Assembly: GCA_963675525.2 (NCBI GenBank)
Contig: CAXXSL010000020.1
Span: 135,974 to 199,973, forward strand
Source: Anaerohalosphaeraceae bacterium
GTDB taxonomy: Bacteria; Planctomycetota; Phycisphaerae; Sedimentisphaerales; Anaerohalosphaeraceae
Length of the DNA: 64,000 nt
Direction: 5' to 3'
A model generated the notes under the pieces. That model made no database searches, was not told the DNA's origin, and saw only the letters and a program-made list of their open reading frames with translations. Of the stretch, positions 36,571 through 47,529 are shown in pieces. The stretch's first letter is position 1; each line of letters begins with the position of its first letter. Made by a program: the position numbers and the translations under genes.

Positions 36571-37797
36571 ATGGAATTCAAACACAAAATACTGGATAAC
36601 GGCTTAACGATCATTGGTGAAGTAAACTTAAAAGCCCAATCGGCCTCTGTCGGCTTTTTTGTTCGTAGCGGGGCTCGAGACGAAATCCCTGCTGTCAGCG
36701 GTGTTTCGCATTTTCTTGAACACATGATGTTCAAGGGAACTGAATCATTAACCGCTCTGGAAGTCAACGAGGCATTTGATCGGCTCGGAGCCCAATTCAA
36801 CGCGTTTACCAGCGAAGAAAACACCGTTTATTATGCGGCTGTTTTGCCGGAATATCTGGAACAGGTTTCCGACTTGTGGATGCAGTTGATGCGGCCGTCT
36901 TTGCGCAATGACGACTTTGAGATGGAGAAAAATGTTATTCTCGAAGAAATCGCGATGTACAAGGACCTTCCCCAGTTCGAGGTGATGGACGAGGGCAAAA
37001 TGCTGCATTTCGGACAGCACCCCTGCGGCAACAGTGTTCTCGGCACCAACGCCAGCATCACCGCCCTCTCGGCCACCCAGATGCGGGATTACTTTGCCTT
37101 GCGGTATGCCCCGGATAACATGGTTCTGGCCTGCTGCGGACATTTTGATTTTGACAACCTGTGCCGGTTGGCGGATAAAAAGTGTTCCTCGTGGAAACCG
37201 GCTAAAGCCCAGAGGACACGCAGTTCTTTTATGGGAACATTCGCCAGAAAATCCTTCAAGAATCCGAATCTTGCCCGCCAGCATCTTTGCCTTTTGAGCC
37301 CAACCGTTTCGATGCAGGACCCCCGGCGATACGCCGCCTCTCTTTTGAGTACAATCATTGGTGACTCGACCGGTTCACGCTACCACTGGGCCCTGGTTGA
37401 CCCGGCACTGGCCGAATTAGCCGTAATGCAGTGCGATTCCATGGATGGTGCGGGGGTCTATTACAGTTATATTTGCTGCGACCCGAATAATACTGAAAAA
37501 GTTTTGGAATCACTCAATTCGCTTTATGCGGATATCAAAAATAACGGGGTTTCTGAGAATGAACTCCGGACGGCCCGTAATAAAGTGCTCAGCGCAATGA
37601 CCCTCAAGTGTGAAAAACCAATGGGGAGACTTGTAAACCTCGGTTTCAACTGGGTTTACAACGCCGAATACCAAAGCGTCACCCAGGAAATCGAACAGGT
37701 TAAGTCTGTCTCATTAGAAGATATTTCGGGATTGATCGAAGAATTTGGCCTTGATAAATACACATTGTTTACGCTGGGTCCAAAAGAAATATCGTAA
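36571..37797 (+). CDS. M16 family zinc peptidase, catalytic subunit
   Basis: HFLEH, NAFTS, EKNVILEEI. Confidence 0.92.
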   Translation: MEFKHKILDNGLTIIGEVNLKAQSASVGFFVRSGARDEIPAVSGVSHFLEHMMFKGTESLTALEVNEAFDRLGAQFNAFTSEENTVYYAAVLPEYLEQVSDLWMQLMRPSLRNDDFEMEKNVILEEIAMYKDLPQFEVMDEGKMLHFGQHPCGNSVLGTNASITALSATQMRDYFALRYAPDNMVLACCGHFDFDNLCRLADKKCSSWKPAKAQRTRSSFMGTFARKSFKNPNLARQHLCLLSPTVSMQDPRRYAASLLSTIIGDSTGSRYHWALVDPALAELAVMQCDSMDGAGVYYSYICCDPNNTEKVLESLNSLYADIKNNGVSENELRTARNKVLSAMTLKCEKPMGRLVNLGFNWVYNAEYQSVTQEIEQVKSVSLEDISGLIEEFGLDKYTLFTLGPKEIS

Positions 37798-37898
37798 AAC
37801 AGCTCGAAACTATGCCAATCCGGGCCAAAATCCCTTCCTGATATCTTGATTTTCAAGCCTATTTATGGTACAAGGGGAAAACCTTTTGGGAGGGTGTA

Positions 37899-40598
37899 AT
37901 GCAGGACAATAAACAAGAAAACCAGGTTCTGGATGATGATATTTTGCGGTGTAAGGCGGATTTGCGAAAAGCATTTGACGCCATGGTCGGGTCCATTTCC
38001 GAAGAAGCCGCAACTGAGGAATCTGTGCCGGAACCGAAAGATACTCCGGTTATTGAAGCCGAGTTTATTGCGTTGCCGGAGGATATTCTGGATGATGAGC
38101 AACCCGCTGAGGCCGTTGTTGCTGCAGAACCCAGCCAGGAATCAATTAATGTCCCCCCTATTCAAATTCTGTCTTTCGATGCGATACAGCGTGATACCCT
38201 CGAAATTGCTGAACCTTCACCGGATAAGCCTGTCAGCGATTCGCCCATTTGGGAAAAGGACAAGATCGCACCGGAAGAAACCCCCATCGAACCCCATGCC
38301 GAACAGGTTAAAGTCGTCAAAATGAAAGTAAAACAGATCGTTCAGCAGGCACAGGAAAAGATCGTCTCAATTACGGCACAAAAGGACCAACTGCAGCAAC
38401 AGGTTAATAAGACAATTTCAGAAAATACACACTTACAAGATGAACTGCGGTCCGGGCGTCAACAACTTGAACAACAGCTGCAGGCGTTCGAAACAGAAAA
38501 GATCGCCTTCAGAGAGGAAATCCAGACACTCTTAAGCCAACGCGAATATGCGGCCCGACAATTGGAAGACATGAAAAGTCAACTCGAGCAGAAAAGCAGC
38601 GATCCGGATGCACTGCTTGAAGACATCCGGGAACTCGAAAAAGAACTTCATGATAAGTCTGAAACAGTCCGCATTCAACAGCAGCAGCTTGACTCTGCAA
38701 ATGAAAAGCTCATGGGTTTTTCGCAGTTGCAGGAAGCAAATTTAAAATTGAAAAAAGAATTGGATCAGCTCGGCGATCAACAACCCGAGTTTGCATCTGA
38801 AAGACTACAACTCCAGCAGGAGAATCAACATCTTTTAAAAGACATTGACCAACTGCGGGCACAGACAAAGGATTTCCAGGTAATCGCAGAACAAGCAGAA
38901 CGTCTCCGTACGGAACTGGAAAAAACAGATATCATTTTATCACAGGAACGTGCTCACATACGGCAGATTACCGGGACGGTCAAGGGTCTTGAAGAAGAAC
39001 TGGCTGTCGCTAGAGAGCAAAGGCAGGACCTCGCCGAACGCCTTTCGACCAAAGAACAGGAACTGGAACAGGCTTTGTCGGAACATAAACGACTCCATGA
39101 TGAGTACAACGGTTTTCGCAACCAGGAAAATCGTGAAATATCAGATATGACATTCCAGTTGGAAGATTACCGGGATAAAATACGGGACATCGAGAGCCAA
39201 CTCGAACAGGTCCGTCACGAATATGAAGCGTTCCAAACTCAGGCCAATGGGGAGATCAACCGCTTAACGGAAAGAAACCAGCAGTTAGATGATCAATCCC
39301 GGACGCTCTCAGCCGAGGCCGCCGCTCTCAGAGAGCAACTGCAGCATTCCAGTGAACAAGCGGACCAAATCCAGGCTGTTGAAATCGACTTGAATAATGC
39401 CAACGATGCCCTTTCGAAAGAACGCCTGTCCCGGCAGGAACTTCAGCAGCAATATGAGCAACTTCAATCGATGGTCTCCGAACTGCGCCGTCAAAAAGAC
39501 GAACTCCTCGATCACAACCAACAGCAACAGACCACAGAAAGCCAATTGCGGCAGGAAATCGGACAACTTCAAGAATCCGTCAGGTCTTCTGAGGCCATGG
39601 CCAATGAGCTTGTCGAAGCAAAACATGAAATTGAACAGCTCCGACAACAAAATCGCAAATTGGAAGTTAACAGGGACAAAATCAGCAGCATCGAGGGGCA
39701 ATTCGAACAGGTCCGCCATGAATACGAAGCGTTCCAAACTCAGGCCAATGGGGAGATCAACCTCTTAACGGAAAGAAACCAGCAGTTAGATGATCAATCC
39801 CGGACGCTTACAGCCGAGGCTGCCGCTCTCAGAGAGCAACTGCAGCATTCCAGTGAACAAGCGGACCGAATCCAGGCCGTTGAAATCGACTTGAATAATG
39901 CCAACGATGCCCTTTCGAAAGAACGCCTGTCCCGGCAGGAACTTCAGCAGCAATATGAACAACTTCAATCGACGGTCTCTGAATTGAACCGGGAAAAAGA
40001 TGAACTTTTTGGACACCGCCAACAGCAGCAGACCACGGAAAACCAGTTACGGCAGGAAATCGGACAACTTCAAGAATCCGTCAGGTCTTTTGAGGCCATG
40101 GCCAATGAGCTTATCGAGACAAAGGATGAAATTGAACAACTTAAACAACAGAATCGGAATTTGGAAGATCAAATCACCGAAATAACCGTTTCAGAAGAAA
40201 ATGATTTTGAAAACGAGAACCCCGCTGAAAATGATTCGGCGTTCGATTTCGCTGGTTCTAACGGCACCGAAAACAGCGACATCCCTGTATTTGATTTGGC
40301 GGATCAAATCATGGAAGAACAACGGCGCTCCGCGGCAAATCGCCGTCAGCGTCCGGAACCTGCTCTATCTGTCCCTTCAAAAAACTCCATTAGAAACGTT
40401 GTTCATCAATATGTGGGCTCAGCCAACACAGCCGTTGCCGATGTGAATAAAAGAGCCGGGATTGAGCACTACCCTTGGATTGACTCATCGTTAACCCCTT
40501 TCCAGCAGGATGTTCTGCGGGAAATCGTACGAAAAGATATAACTTCTTATAACCGAAAAAACCATAGCCCCCTCAGCCATCCATCGATGAAAAACTAA
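37899..40598 (+). CDS. Long coiled-coil protein with acidic disordered ends
   Basis: 899-aa ORF of E/Q/L heptads with a 167-aa internal duplication. Confidence 0.85.
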   Translation: MQDNKQENQVLDDDILRCKADLRKAFDAMVGSISEEAATEESVPEPKDTPVIEAEFIALPEDILDDEQPAEAVVAAEPSQESINVPPIQILSFDAIQRDTLEIAEPSPDKPVSDSPIWEKDKIAPEETPIEPHAEQVKVVKMKVKQIVQQAQEKIVSITAQKDQLQQQVNKTISENTHLQDELRSGRQQLEQQLQAFETEKIAFREEIQTLLSQREYAARQLEDMKSQLEQKSSDPDALLEDIRELEKELHDKSETVRIQQQQLDSANEKLMGFSQLQEANLKLKKELDQLGDQQPEFASERLQLQQENQHLLKDIDQLRAQTKDFQVIAEQAERLRTELEKTDIILSQERAHIRQITGTVKGLEEELAVAREQRQDLAERLSTKEQELEQALSEHKRLHDEYNGFRNQENREISDMTFQLEDYRDKIRDIESQLEQVRHEYEAFQTQANGEINRLTERNQQLDDQSRTLSAEAAALREQLQHSSEQADQIQAVEIDLNNANDALSKERLSRQELQQQYEQLQSMVSELRRQKDELLDHNQQQQTTESQLRQEIGQLQESVRSSEAMANELVEAKHEIEQLRQQNRKLEVNRDKISSIEGQFEQVRHEYEAFQTQANGEINLLTERNQQLDDQSRTLTAEAAALREQLQHSSEQADRIQAVEIDLNNANDALSKERLSRQELQQQYEQLQSTVSELNREKDELFGHRQQQQTTENQLRQEIGQLQESVRSFEAMANELIETKDEIEQLKQQNRNLEDQITEITVSEENDFENENPAENDSAFDFAGSNGTENSDIPVFDLADQIMEEQRRSAANRRQRPEPALSVPSKNSIRNVVHQYVGSANTAVADVNKRAGIEHYPWIDSSLTPFQQDVLREIVRKDITSYNRKNHSPLSHPSMKN
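39189..40165 (+). repeat. 501-bp intragenic tandem duplication
   Basis: Copies start at 39189 and 39690; long identical stretches, e.g. GAAGCGTTCCAAACTCAGGCCAATGGGGAGATCAACC. Confidence 0.9.
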
Positions 40599-40599
40599 A

Positions 40600-41298
40600 A
40601 TGAGCCAATATCGCTTACCACATGTTTTTCCAGGATGGATAACAAATTTTCAGGATTCACCGTGGTTATTCATTTGCGGCGGGATTCTACTGCTGCTTAC
40701 TTTATCAGTGAGTCTGTTTATTTTCGTGAAAAAAAAGAAGAAAATGAAGAAAAAACCGGATAAACCGGAAGTTAACCCGACAAATGTTTCCGACGAATTA
40801 CGCCACGACGAGATACTGAAAGTCATTAAAAAACAAAATGGCCGCCTGCGAAGCCTATTGCTTGCTGCAAACAGCCTGCATGATCTGCCGGTTACCATTC
40901 CGGTGAATTTGGCGGTTTGCTTGGCCAGGACTCATAAGTGCCTCCTGGTGGATCTGGACATCAAAAGAAATGCAATTGCCCAGGTTTTTGAACTGGACAC
41001 AACCGGCACCGATGCGAGTCTGATAGTAAGTTCCTACCCCACGCAGCTTGAAAATCTCTCTGTCTGGCCGGCACATAATTTTGGGATGCTCAGACAGATG
41101 AATCTCCGAACGCTATTTGAAGGGGCCGTCAAGAAATATGACTATGTTCTGATTTACGCCCCTTATTTAACCACCCTGCCGGACCGCCGTCAAATTGCTG
41201 CCTGTGCCAAACAGGCAATCACTTTTTCCGGCGATAAAGAATCGCAATTGATAAAACTGCTCGAAGTATGCAACTGTAAAGTTATCGCCAAGTTTTAA
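40600..41298 (+). CDS. Membrane-anchored degenerate MinD/BY-kinase-like P-loop fold protein
   Basis: TM + poly-K; VNLAVCLA..KCLLVDLD..ENLSVWPA..YDYVLIYAP; no GK(S/T) Walker A. Confidence 0.62.
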   Translation: MSQYRLPHVFPGWITNFQDSPWLFICGGILLLLTLSVSLFIFVKKKKKMKKKPDKPEVNPTNVSDELRHDEILKVIKKQNGRLRSLLLAANSLHDLPVTIPVNLAVCLARTHKCLLVDLDIKRNAIAQVFELDTTGTDASLIVSSYPTQLENLSVWPAHNFGMLRQMNLRTLFEGAVKKYDYVLIYAPYLTTLPDRRQIAACAKQAITFSGDKESQLIKLLEVCNCKVIAKF

Positions 41299-41302
41299 AG
41301 AA

Positions 41303-42058
41303 TCAAAGCAATGCGGCGGCATGCCTGTCGATGATCCATGTCACCTTGTTCATGATCGGCCAGAGAAAATGAACCGGATATTTTAGCTCATCCGGCTCCG
41401 AGTGAAATACGTCCCGTACAATTTCGGCTTTGGATTGACCACTGATCAAGATAATGATTTCCGCCGCTTCTTTAAAGACCGGCACGGTCAGTGTAATCCG
41501 GCTGAAACCGGCATCCATGCGATAAACCGCCGTGACCAGGCTGTTTGTATCAAACAACGCGTTTGTATTCGGCAGCAGCGATCCAATGTGTCCATCCGCT
41601 CCCATTCCGAGCATTACAAGATCAAACCGGGGCACCTGACCGGACTTGAGTCCAAAGACATTTAAGATGACTTGTTCATATTCTTTAGCGGCCTGCGCAT
41701 AGTTCGTATCCTCCCCTGTTACACGATGTACATTCTCGCCGGGAATCGGGACATCCAGCAAAAAGGTATGAACCGCTAAGCCGAAATTACTCGCTTCGGC
41801 ACTAGGCGGCACACAGCGTTCATCGACCCAGAAAAGATGCACTTTTTGCCAATCAATTTTTGAGTAGGCGGATTTTTCTGAGAGCAGTTCGTAAAAAGCT
41901 GCAGGAGTCTGTCCGCCGGAAATGGCCACATAAAAAACACCCCTCGCATTGATGGCCTTACACGCCGAATCGATAAACAGATCGAACGCTTTTTTCGCCA
42001 GATTTTCAGAATCTTCGGCTTTTACAATTTTTGGTTCTTGTTCATTTATCAGATCCAT
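41303..42058 (-). CDS. pgl: 6-phosphogluconolactonase
   Basis: SGGQTP, FWVDERCVP, LGMGADGHIGSL, RITLT; AGGAGG RBS before ATG 42058. Confidence 0.95.
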   Translation of the reverse strand: MDLINEQEPKIVKAEDSENLAKKAFDLFIDSACKAINARGVFYVAISGGQTPAAFYELLSEKSAYSKIDWQKVHLFWVDERCVPPSAEASNFGLAVHTFLLDVPIPGENVHRVTGEDTNYAQAAKEYEQVILNVFGLKSGQVPRFDLVMLGMGADGHIGSLLPNTNALFDTNSLVTAVYRMDAGFSRITLTVPVFKEAAEIIILISGQSKAEIVRDVFHSEPDELKYPVHFLWPIMNKVTWIIDRHAAALL

Positions 42059-42244
42059 CGTATGCCTCCTGAATATGCCCAATCGGATCTCATGGAGCCA
42101 TCCGGCTCATTAATAACTATACGAAGAAAAGGCAAAGATGCGACAAAAAAAATATCCGGATGTCGTTTCCGGGCCTTAAAATCATGTTACTGATCTATAA
42201 CTCTATGTAAATAAAGAAATTGCAAAAAATCCGAGAATTTCCGT

Positions 42245-42667
42245 TCAATGCTTCTGTTTTTGCTTTTCCACCAAAAAAGTTTTGAGGATTTCCGCCGCAG
42301 CGATTGCATCCAGTCGCTTTTTCTTTTTTTTGCGGGTCAATTCAAGTGCTGTAATCAGGTCTTCGGCCTCAAAACTGCTCAATCGCTCGTCCTGGAAGAG
42401 AATCGGAATATCAACACAGGCTGCAAGATTTTTTGCGAATTCCCTGACCTGTACCGCCCGCGGCCCTTCCGAGCCATCCATATTGAAAGGCATTCCAATG
42501 ACAACGGCCACAATTTGTTCTTCGGCAATCACCGCACGAACGCGCTTTACTAACTCGCCGCTGCTTTGGGTCTCGATAACAGAATGAGGGGACACCAGCG
42601 TTTCCGAAGCGTCAGAGACCGCAAGCCCGGTTCGCTTTTGCCCGTGATCAATTGCAAGGTATCGCAT
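42245..42667 (-). CDS. ruvX: YqgF/RuvX family pre-16S rRNA nuclease
   Basis: LAIDHGQKRTGLAVSD, QDERLSS, DAIAAAEIL. Confidence 0.93.
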   Translation of the reverse strand: MRYLAIDHGQKRTGLAVSDASETLVSPHSVIETQSSGELVKRVRAVIAEEQIVAVVIGMPFNMDGSEGPRAVQVREFAKNLAACVDIPILFQDERLSSFEAEDLITALELTRKKKKKRLDAIAAAEILKTFLVEKQKQKH

Positions 42668-42679
42668 ACGCTTCCGACA

Positions 42680-43768
42680 CTATAAGAATTTTCCGGAATG
42701 GTGCTCTTTGATTTTGTCAAGCAATTCCTTTAAGCGATGGCTCTGGTCGACCGGACAAACCAGCGTCGCATCCCGCGTGTGTGCAACGATCATATTTTCG
42801 ACACCCAACATCGCCAGCAAATGCCCTTTTTCCTCCGTGGCGATAATGTTGTTCTTAGAATCAAGCAGTTCGCTGTGATCGGAGATAACAATATTGTTAT
42901 CCGGATCGGACTCAATGATATCCACCAGTGCCGCAAATGAACCCATATCCAGCCAGCGGCACGGCAGTTTGATGCCGTAAACCTGATCGACTTTTTCCAT
43001 AACGGCATAATCAATGCTGATCCTGGGAAGTTTCGGAAACCATTCCTGCAGACTTTGCTGCTGTTGAGGTTTCCCCCAATCCATCTGGATCGCTTCAAGA
43101 GGCTCGACACATTCGGGAAGATACTTTTTCAGGTTGCTGAGAATCGTTTCGCACCGCCAGACAAACATTCCCGAGTTCCATGCATACTGCCCGCTATCCA
43201 GATATTCTTTTGCAGATTTTTCATCCGGTTTTTCTTTAAATGCATCGATTACATGAACCGCTTCTTCGGCAGACTCACACGGTATCGTTTGCCCGAATTT
43301 GATGTACCCAAGCTGTGTGCTTGCAAAGGTCGGCTGAATCCCGAATGTCACCATCGCATCAGGGTTTTCATTAACGAACGACAATGCGCTTCGCATCGCC
43401 TGCTGAAATGTTTCTTTGGGCTCCAGCACCTGGTCCGCGGTAACCACCGCCATATTGGCTTTCGGGTCATACTTATGAAGGATGGTCGCCGCCAAACCAA
43501 TCGCACCGGCGGTATCACGAACCGCCGGCTCGGCAATGACGTTTTCCTCAGGCAGTTCGGAAAGATTTTCACGAACCAGCTCCACATAGTTGGCATTCGT
43601 CAGCACAAGGATGTTACGTAAATCAAAGATGCCCTCTAAGCGATCAAAACAATTGCGAAGCAATGTCTGACCATCCAACAATTTCAAAACCTGTTTGGGA
43701 TGGTGTTCGCGGCTCAACGGCCATAAGCGCTTGCCGGTCCCTCCGGCCATGATTACAGCATAATCCAT
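42680..43768 (-). CDS. manC: Mannose-1-phosphate guanylyltransferase
   Basis: MAGGTGKRLWPLSR..PKQ, FKEKP, WNSGMF, SIDYAVME. Confidence 0.92.
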   Translation of the reverse strand: MDYAVIMAGGTGKRLWPLSREHHPKQVLKLLDGQTLLRNCFDRLEGIFDLRNILVLTNANYVELVRENLSELPEENVIAEPAVRDTAGAIGLAATILHKYDPKANMAVVTADQVLEPKETFQQAMRSALSFVNENPDAMVTFGIQPTFASTQLGYIKFGQTIPCESAEEAVHVIDAFKEKPDEKSAKEYLDSGQYAWNSGMFVWRCETILSNLKKYLPECVEPLEAIQMDWGKPQQQQSLQEWFPKLPRISIDYAVMEKVDQVYGIKLPCRWLDMGSFAALVDIIESDPDNNIVISDHSELLDSKNNIIATEEKGHLLAMLGVENMIVAHTRDATLVCPVDQSHRLKELLDKIKEHHSGKFL

Positions 43769-43808
43769 GATATCTTATCCCTGTATTAGAGTTAAATCTC
43801 ACTTGCGA

Positions 43809-45218
43809 TCAAACAAGATATTTGTCGTCAATCTGCGCAACCGGTTTGATCTTTTCCGCCATGTCCTCAAAACCCGGACATCCCATCAACGCAAACGTTG
43901 CTTCCTTTCCGAGTTCAACGGCGGGTTGGTCATAAGCATCGATCCCAAAGAGCAGTCCGGCAATCGAAGTCGTAACCTCGAACAGGTAAATAAACTGTCC
44001 GATGGCCGAAGCGTCAATTCGATCAAAATGAACCGTCATACACGGACGCTTATCGTGAAGCAATGCGTACTCAGTTGCCAGTTTCTCGCTGTTGAGAAGC
44101 TTGGACATTTTCTGCCCCGCCAGATAATCCAGTTCAGGAGCCACTTCCGGCTCAGGCCCAATGACCACATCACGAGTAAATTCAGTGACCTGCAGAAACG
44201 TAAATAATTTATCATTGGGTCCTTCACGATACAACTGCACCTGGCTGTGCTGATCGGTCGTCCCCAGCGCCTTAACCGGTGTCGGGCCGACAAAAACATC
44301 CTTGCCCATAAGGTCTTTGGTCTTGCCAAGGCTTTCGGCCCACAACTGACGATACCAATCCGACAGGTCCTTTAACGCATACGAATACGGCATCATCACC
44401 GAGATCGGTTTTCCGCGATTGTAATAGTGCCAGTTCACTGCAGCGTTGATCGCGGCGGGATTGGCAAAGAAATCTTCCTTACTGCAAAGTGCATCCATTT
44501 TGCGGGCTCCGGCCAGTAACCCGTCAATATCAATACCGCAGACAGCCGCGCTAAGAAGTCCCACGGGGCTGAGAACACTGAACCGTCCGCCCACACCATC
44601 CGGCACTACCAATGTTCGCAACCTGGATTCATCGGCGATCTTGCGCATGGTTCCCGCCTTGGCATCTGTCGTCGCAACGACCTGTTTTTGGAAACCTTCT
44701 TTACCTAATTTTTCCAAAAGCATCTGACGGATAACCAGAAACTGTGAAGCTGTCTCAGCGGTTCGGCCGGACTTGCTGATCACATTGAAAACCGTCTTTC
44801 CCAGCTTATTGCCGATCCAATCCAGGAAACTGCCTAACTGCATCGGGTCCACATTATCAAAAACGAACAGGCGGGGCCCTTTACGCTGCTTTTCATCCTG
44901 ATTATACATATAGGGATTCAATGCGGTCTGTAAAGCGATGTTCCCAAGTGCCGAACCGCCGATACCTAGTACGACAAAATTTTCACAACCGTCTTTGATC
45001 TCTTTTGCAACAGCCTTTACGTCTGCCGGATAATCTTTATTATAGGGCAGGTCCCGATACGGGATTTTACCGGATTTGCGCTGTTGATTGCATTCGGCAA
45101 TTGCCGGCAGCGTTTTTTGGGCCAACCCGTCCAGCTGTTCTTTCGTAATCCCGTGTTCAGAGCCAATCACGGCAGCCATGGCATTTTTGTAATATAAAGA
45201 CACCTTTGTTTCAGACAC
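43809..45218 (-). CDS. pgi: Glucose-6-phosphate isomerase
   Basis: GIGGSALG, SKSG.T.ET, VGGRFSVLS, QLWAESLGK, DQHSQVQ, DQPAVELGK. Confidence 0.96.
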   Translation of the reverse strand: MSETKVSLYYKNAMAAVIGSEHGITKEQLDGLAQKTLPAIAECNQQRKSGKIPYRDLPYNKDYPADVKAVAKEIKDGCENFVVLGIGGSALGNIALQTALNPYMYNQDEKQRKGPRLFVFDNVDPMQLGSFLDWIGNKLGKTVFNVISKSGRTAETASQFLVIRQMLLEKLGKEGFQKQVVATTDAKAGTMRKIADESRLRTLVVPDGVGGRFSVLSPVGLLSAAVCGIDIDGLLAGARKMDALCSKEDFFANPAAINAAVNWHYYNRGKPISVMMPYSYALKDLSDWYRQLWAESLGKTKDLMGKDVFVGPTPVKALGTTDQHSQVQLYREGPNDKLFTFLQVTEFTRDVVIGPEPEVAPELDYLAGQKMSKLLNSEKLATEYALLHDKRPCMTVHFDRIDASAIGQFIYLFEVTTSIAGLLFGIDAYDQPAVELGKEATFALMGCPGFEDMAEKIKPVAQIDDKYLV

Positions 45219-45262
45219 GTCTGTCTCTCCTTTGATAAAAAGTCGTGTATTTCAGATTTTAT

Positions 45263-47407
45263 TTATCCGCCTAATCGGTTTAATTTGGCGTATTTTACCA
45301 TTAATGATTTTGTTTTTCCAGAGTTGAATCGGACAACCACAATACTATCTTCTCCCAGATCCAGATATTCCTTGACCCGTCCGAGCCCGAATTTCGAGTG
45401 TTCGACAAGCAGATTGACGGGAAAGGCGTCTTTCGGGCTCGTCTTGCCGGATGCAAATGACGGCTCAGAACCCGCAAAATGATCCGGCTCATCCCAGCCG
45501 GAATCGAACACTTTCGATTCGCCTGAAAAACCGATCTCGTATAGGAATTGTGACGGTGTGGAACGGATGAACTGGCCGCGAATGACCCGGTGACGGGCAT
45601 ACGATATTTTTAATGTCTGTCGGGCCCGTGTCATCCCCACGAATAATAATCGGCGTTCCTCTTCAAGATCGTCCCCGCTCATGCTGCTGCGTTCATGCGG
45701 CAAAATACCGTCTTCCAGCCCGACGATAAAAACATGGTCAAACTCCAGTCCCTTGGCCGCATGAAGCGTCATCAATGACACCCGTCCGGAGTCCGGCTCA
45801 TAGGCATCGCTGTCACTGTACAAGGCGATCATCTGAAGATAGTCCATCAGGTTCGGTTCTTCGGCCCGCTTGTCGTATTCGGCCGCAGCACTGATCAGTT
45901 CACTGATATTTTCCATCGCATCCGGATCAGCATGAAGCGATTGGGCCATCCCGGTGTCTGAAAAAACCCTTTCCATCAGCGGTGACACATCGCCTTCCAT
46001 ATCATCCTGAAGCTGTTGGATCGTTTTTGAAAATTCGATCAAACGACCCCGCGTCGGGCGATTGATTGTTTCAACCTGTTCGGCCCGCAATCCGGCCTCC
46101 AGCAGCGTCAACCCCTGAAGGCGAGCGAAATCCGCCAATCGACCCAGCGACGTCTTTCCAATTCCGCGAGGATGCGTTCCAACCGCTCGCAAATAAGCAA
46201 TGTTGTCCTGCGGATTAACCATCAGTTTTAAGTAACTCAGCAGATCCCGGACCTCCTTGCGGGCATAAAATTCAACGCCGCGAACAACCTGATACGGCAA
46301 CTGCCGCTGGACAAAGGCTTCTTCAATCGCACGACTCATCGAGTTGACGCGATAAAAAACGGTTATCTCATTTGGATCTTTGCCTTCATCGATCAACCGT
46401 TCGGCCTGCTCGGCAACCCAATGAGCTTCTGCTGATTCATCGTCGCAGGATTCAATAACAATATCGCAGCCCTGTTCTTTTGTCGGCACCAGACGTTTTT
46501 CTTTTCGTTTCGTATTGGCAGCGATCAACTGATCGGCCTTTTCAAGAATTTTGGCGGTTGATCGGAAATTTTCCTCCAGCTTCACCACCTTCGCATTCGG
46601 CCAGTCCTTTTCAAACGCAAGAATATTTTCAATGTCCGCCCCCCGCCAGCGATAGATCGACTGATCCGGATCGCCGGTCACACAGATATTGCGATGCGCC
46701 AGCGCGACTCCTTTGGCGATCTGGTACTGCGCATGATTGGTATCCTGATATTCATCCACCAATAAATAACGGAACCGGTTGCTGAGTTCCCCTCGCACGT
46801 GCGGACAGTCACGCAGCAGAAAAGCGGTCTGTAATAGCAGATCGTCAAAATCCATCGCATTATTCTGCTTTAAGATCTGTTGATATTTGACATACACGTT
46901 GGCGGTATTTTTCTCAAAAAAATCATCTGCACGTTCCTTAAATTGCTCGGGGCCTTCAAGGTCGTTCTTTAGACGTGAAATATAATCCAGCATTCGTGAC
47001 GGAGTAAAGCTGCTGACATCGACCTGGCAGGCGGCAATCGCCTCTTTCATGCAACGCTGCTGATCCTTCACATCAAAAATGCTGAAATTCGGCTGGATCT
47101 GTGCCGCTTCCGCATATCGACGCAGGATCGAGACACAGAGCGAGTGAAACGTGCTGACATGAACACCCGGAACCGAAACCGACTCGGCAACACGGTTTCG
47201 CATCTCTTCGGCGGCTTTATTGGTAAAGGTAATCGCACAAATATGATAAGGGCGAACACCTGATTCGATCAGTGCCGCGACCCGGCAGGTGATCACACGG
47301 GTCTTTCCGCTGCCCGGGCCGGCCAGAACCAGTAAAGGACCTTCTTTATGGTAAATCGCATCTTTTTGCGACTCAGTCAGTTTGTCGATCGGAACTACAG
47401 AACTCAA
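45263..47407 (-). CDS. pcrA: ATP-dependent DNA helicase PcrA/UvrD
   Basis: AGPGSGKT, VDEYQD, GDPDQSIY, TLHAAKGLEF, EEERRL; GGAGG RBS before TTG at 47407. Confidence 0.94.
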   Translation of the reverse strand: MSSVVPIDKLTESQKDAIYHKEGPLLVLAGPGSGKTRVITCRVAALIESGVRPYHICAITFTNKAAEEMRNRVAESVSVPGVHVSTFHSLCVSILRRYAEAAQIQPNFSIFDVKDQQRCMKEAIAACQVDVSSFTPSRMLDYISRLKNDLEGPEQFKERADDFFEKNTANVYVKYQQILKQNNAMDFDDLLLQTAFLLRDCPHVRGELSNRFRYLLVDEYQDTNHAQYQIAKGVALAHRNICVTGDPDQSIYRWRGADIENILAFEKDWPNAKVVKLEENFRSTAKILEKADQLIAANTKRKEKRLVPTKEQGCDIVIESCDDESAEAHWVAEQAERLIDEGKDPNEITVFYRVNSMSRAIEEAFVQRQLPYQVVRGVEFYARKEVRDLLSYLKLMVNPQDNIAYLRAVGTHPRGIGKTSLGRLADFARLQGLTLLEAGLRAEQVETINRPTRGRLIEFSKTIQQLQDDMEGDVSPLMERVFSDTGMAQSLHADPDAMENISELISAAAEYDKRAEEPNLMDYLQMIALYSDSDAYEPDSGRVSLMTLHAAKGLEFDHVFIVGLEDGILPHERSSMSGDDLEEERRLLFVGMTRARQTLKISYARHRVIRGQFIRSTPSQFLYEIGFSGESKVFDSGWDEPDHFAGSEPSFASGKTSPKDAFPVNLLVEHSKFGLGRVKEYLDLGEDSIVVVRFNSGKTKSLMVKYAKLNRLGG

Positions 47408-47529
47408 ACACACCTCCACATACAATCAATAATTTTGTCAGTGTCATGAAAGTGTGCATTAGAAAAGATTAACATGAGAAAGTCAACTGTGTACTCCAAA
47501 AACAAGGCATGGGCAAGCCAATAACGCTA

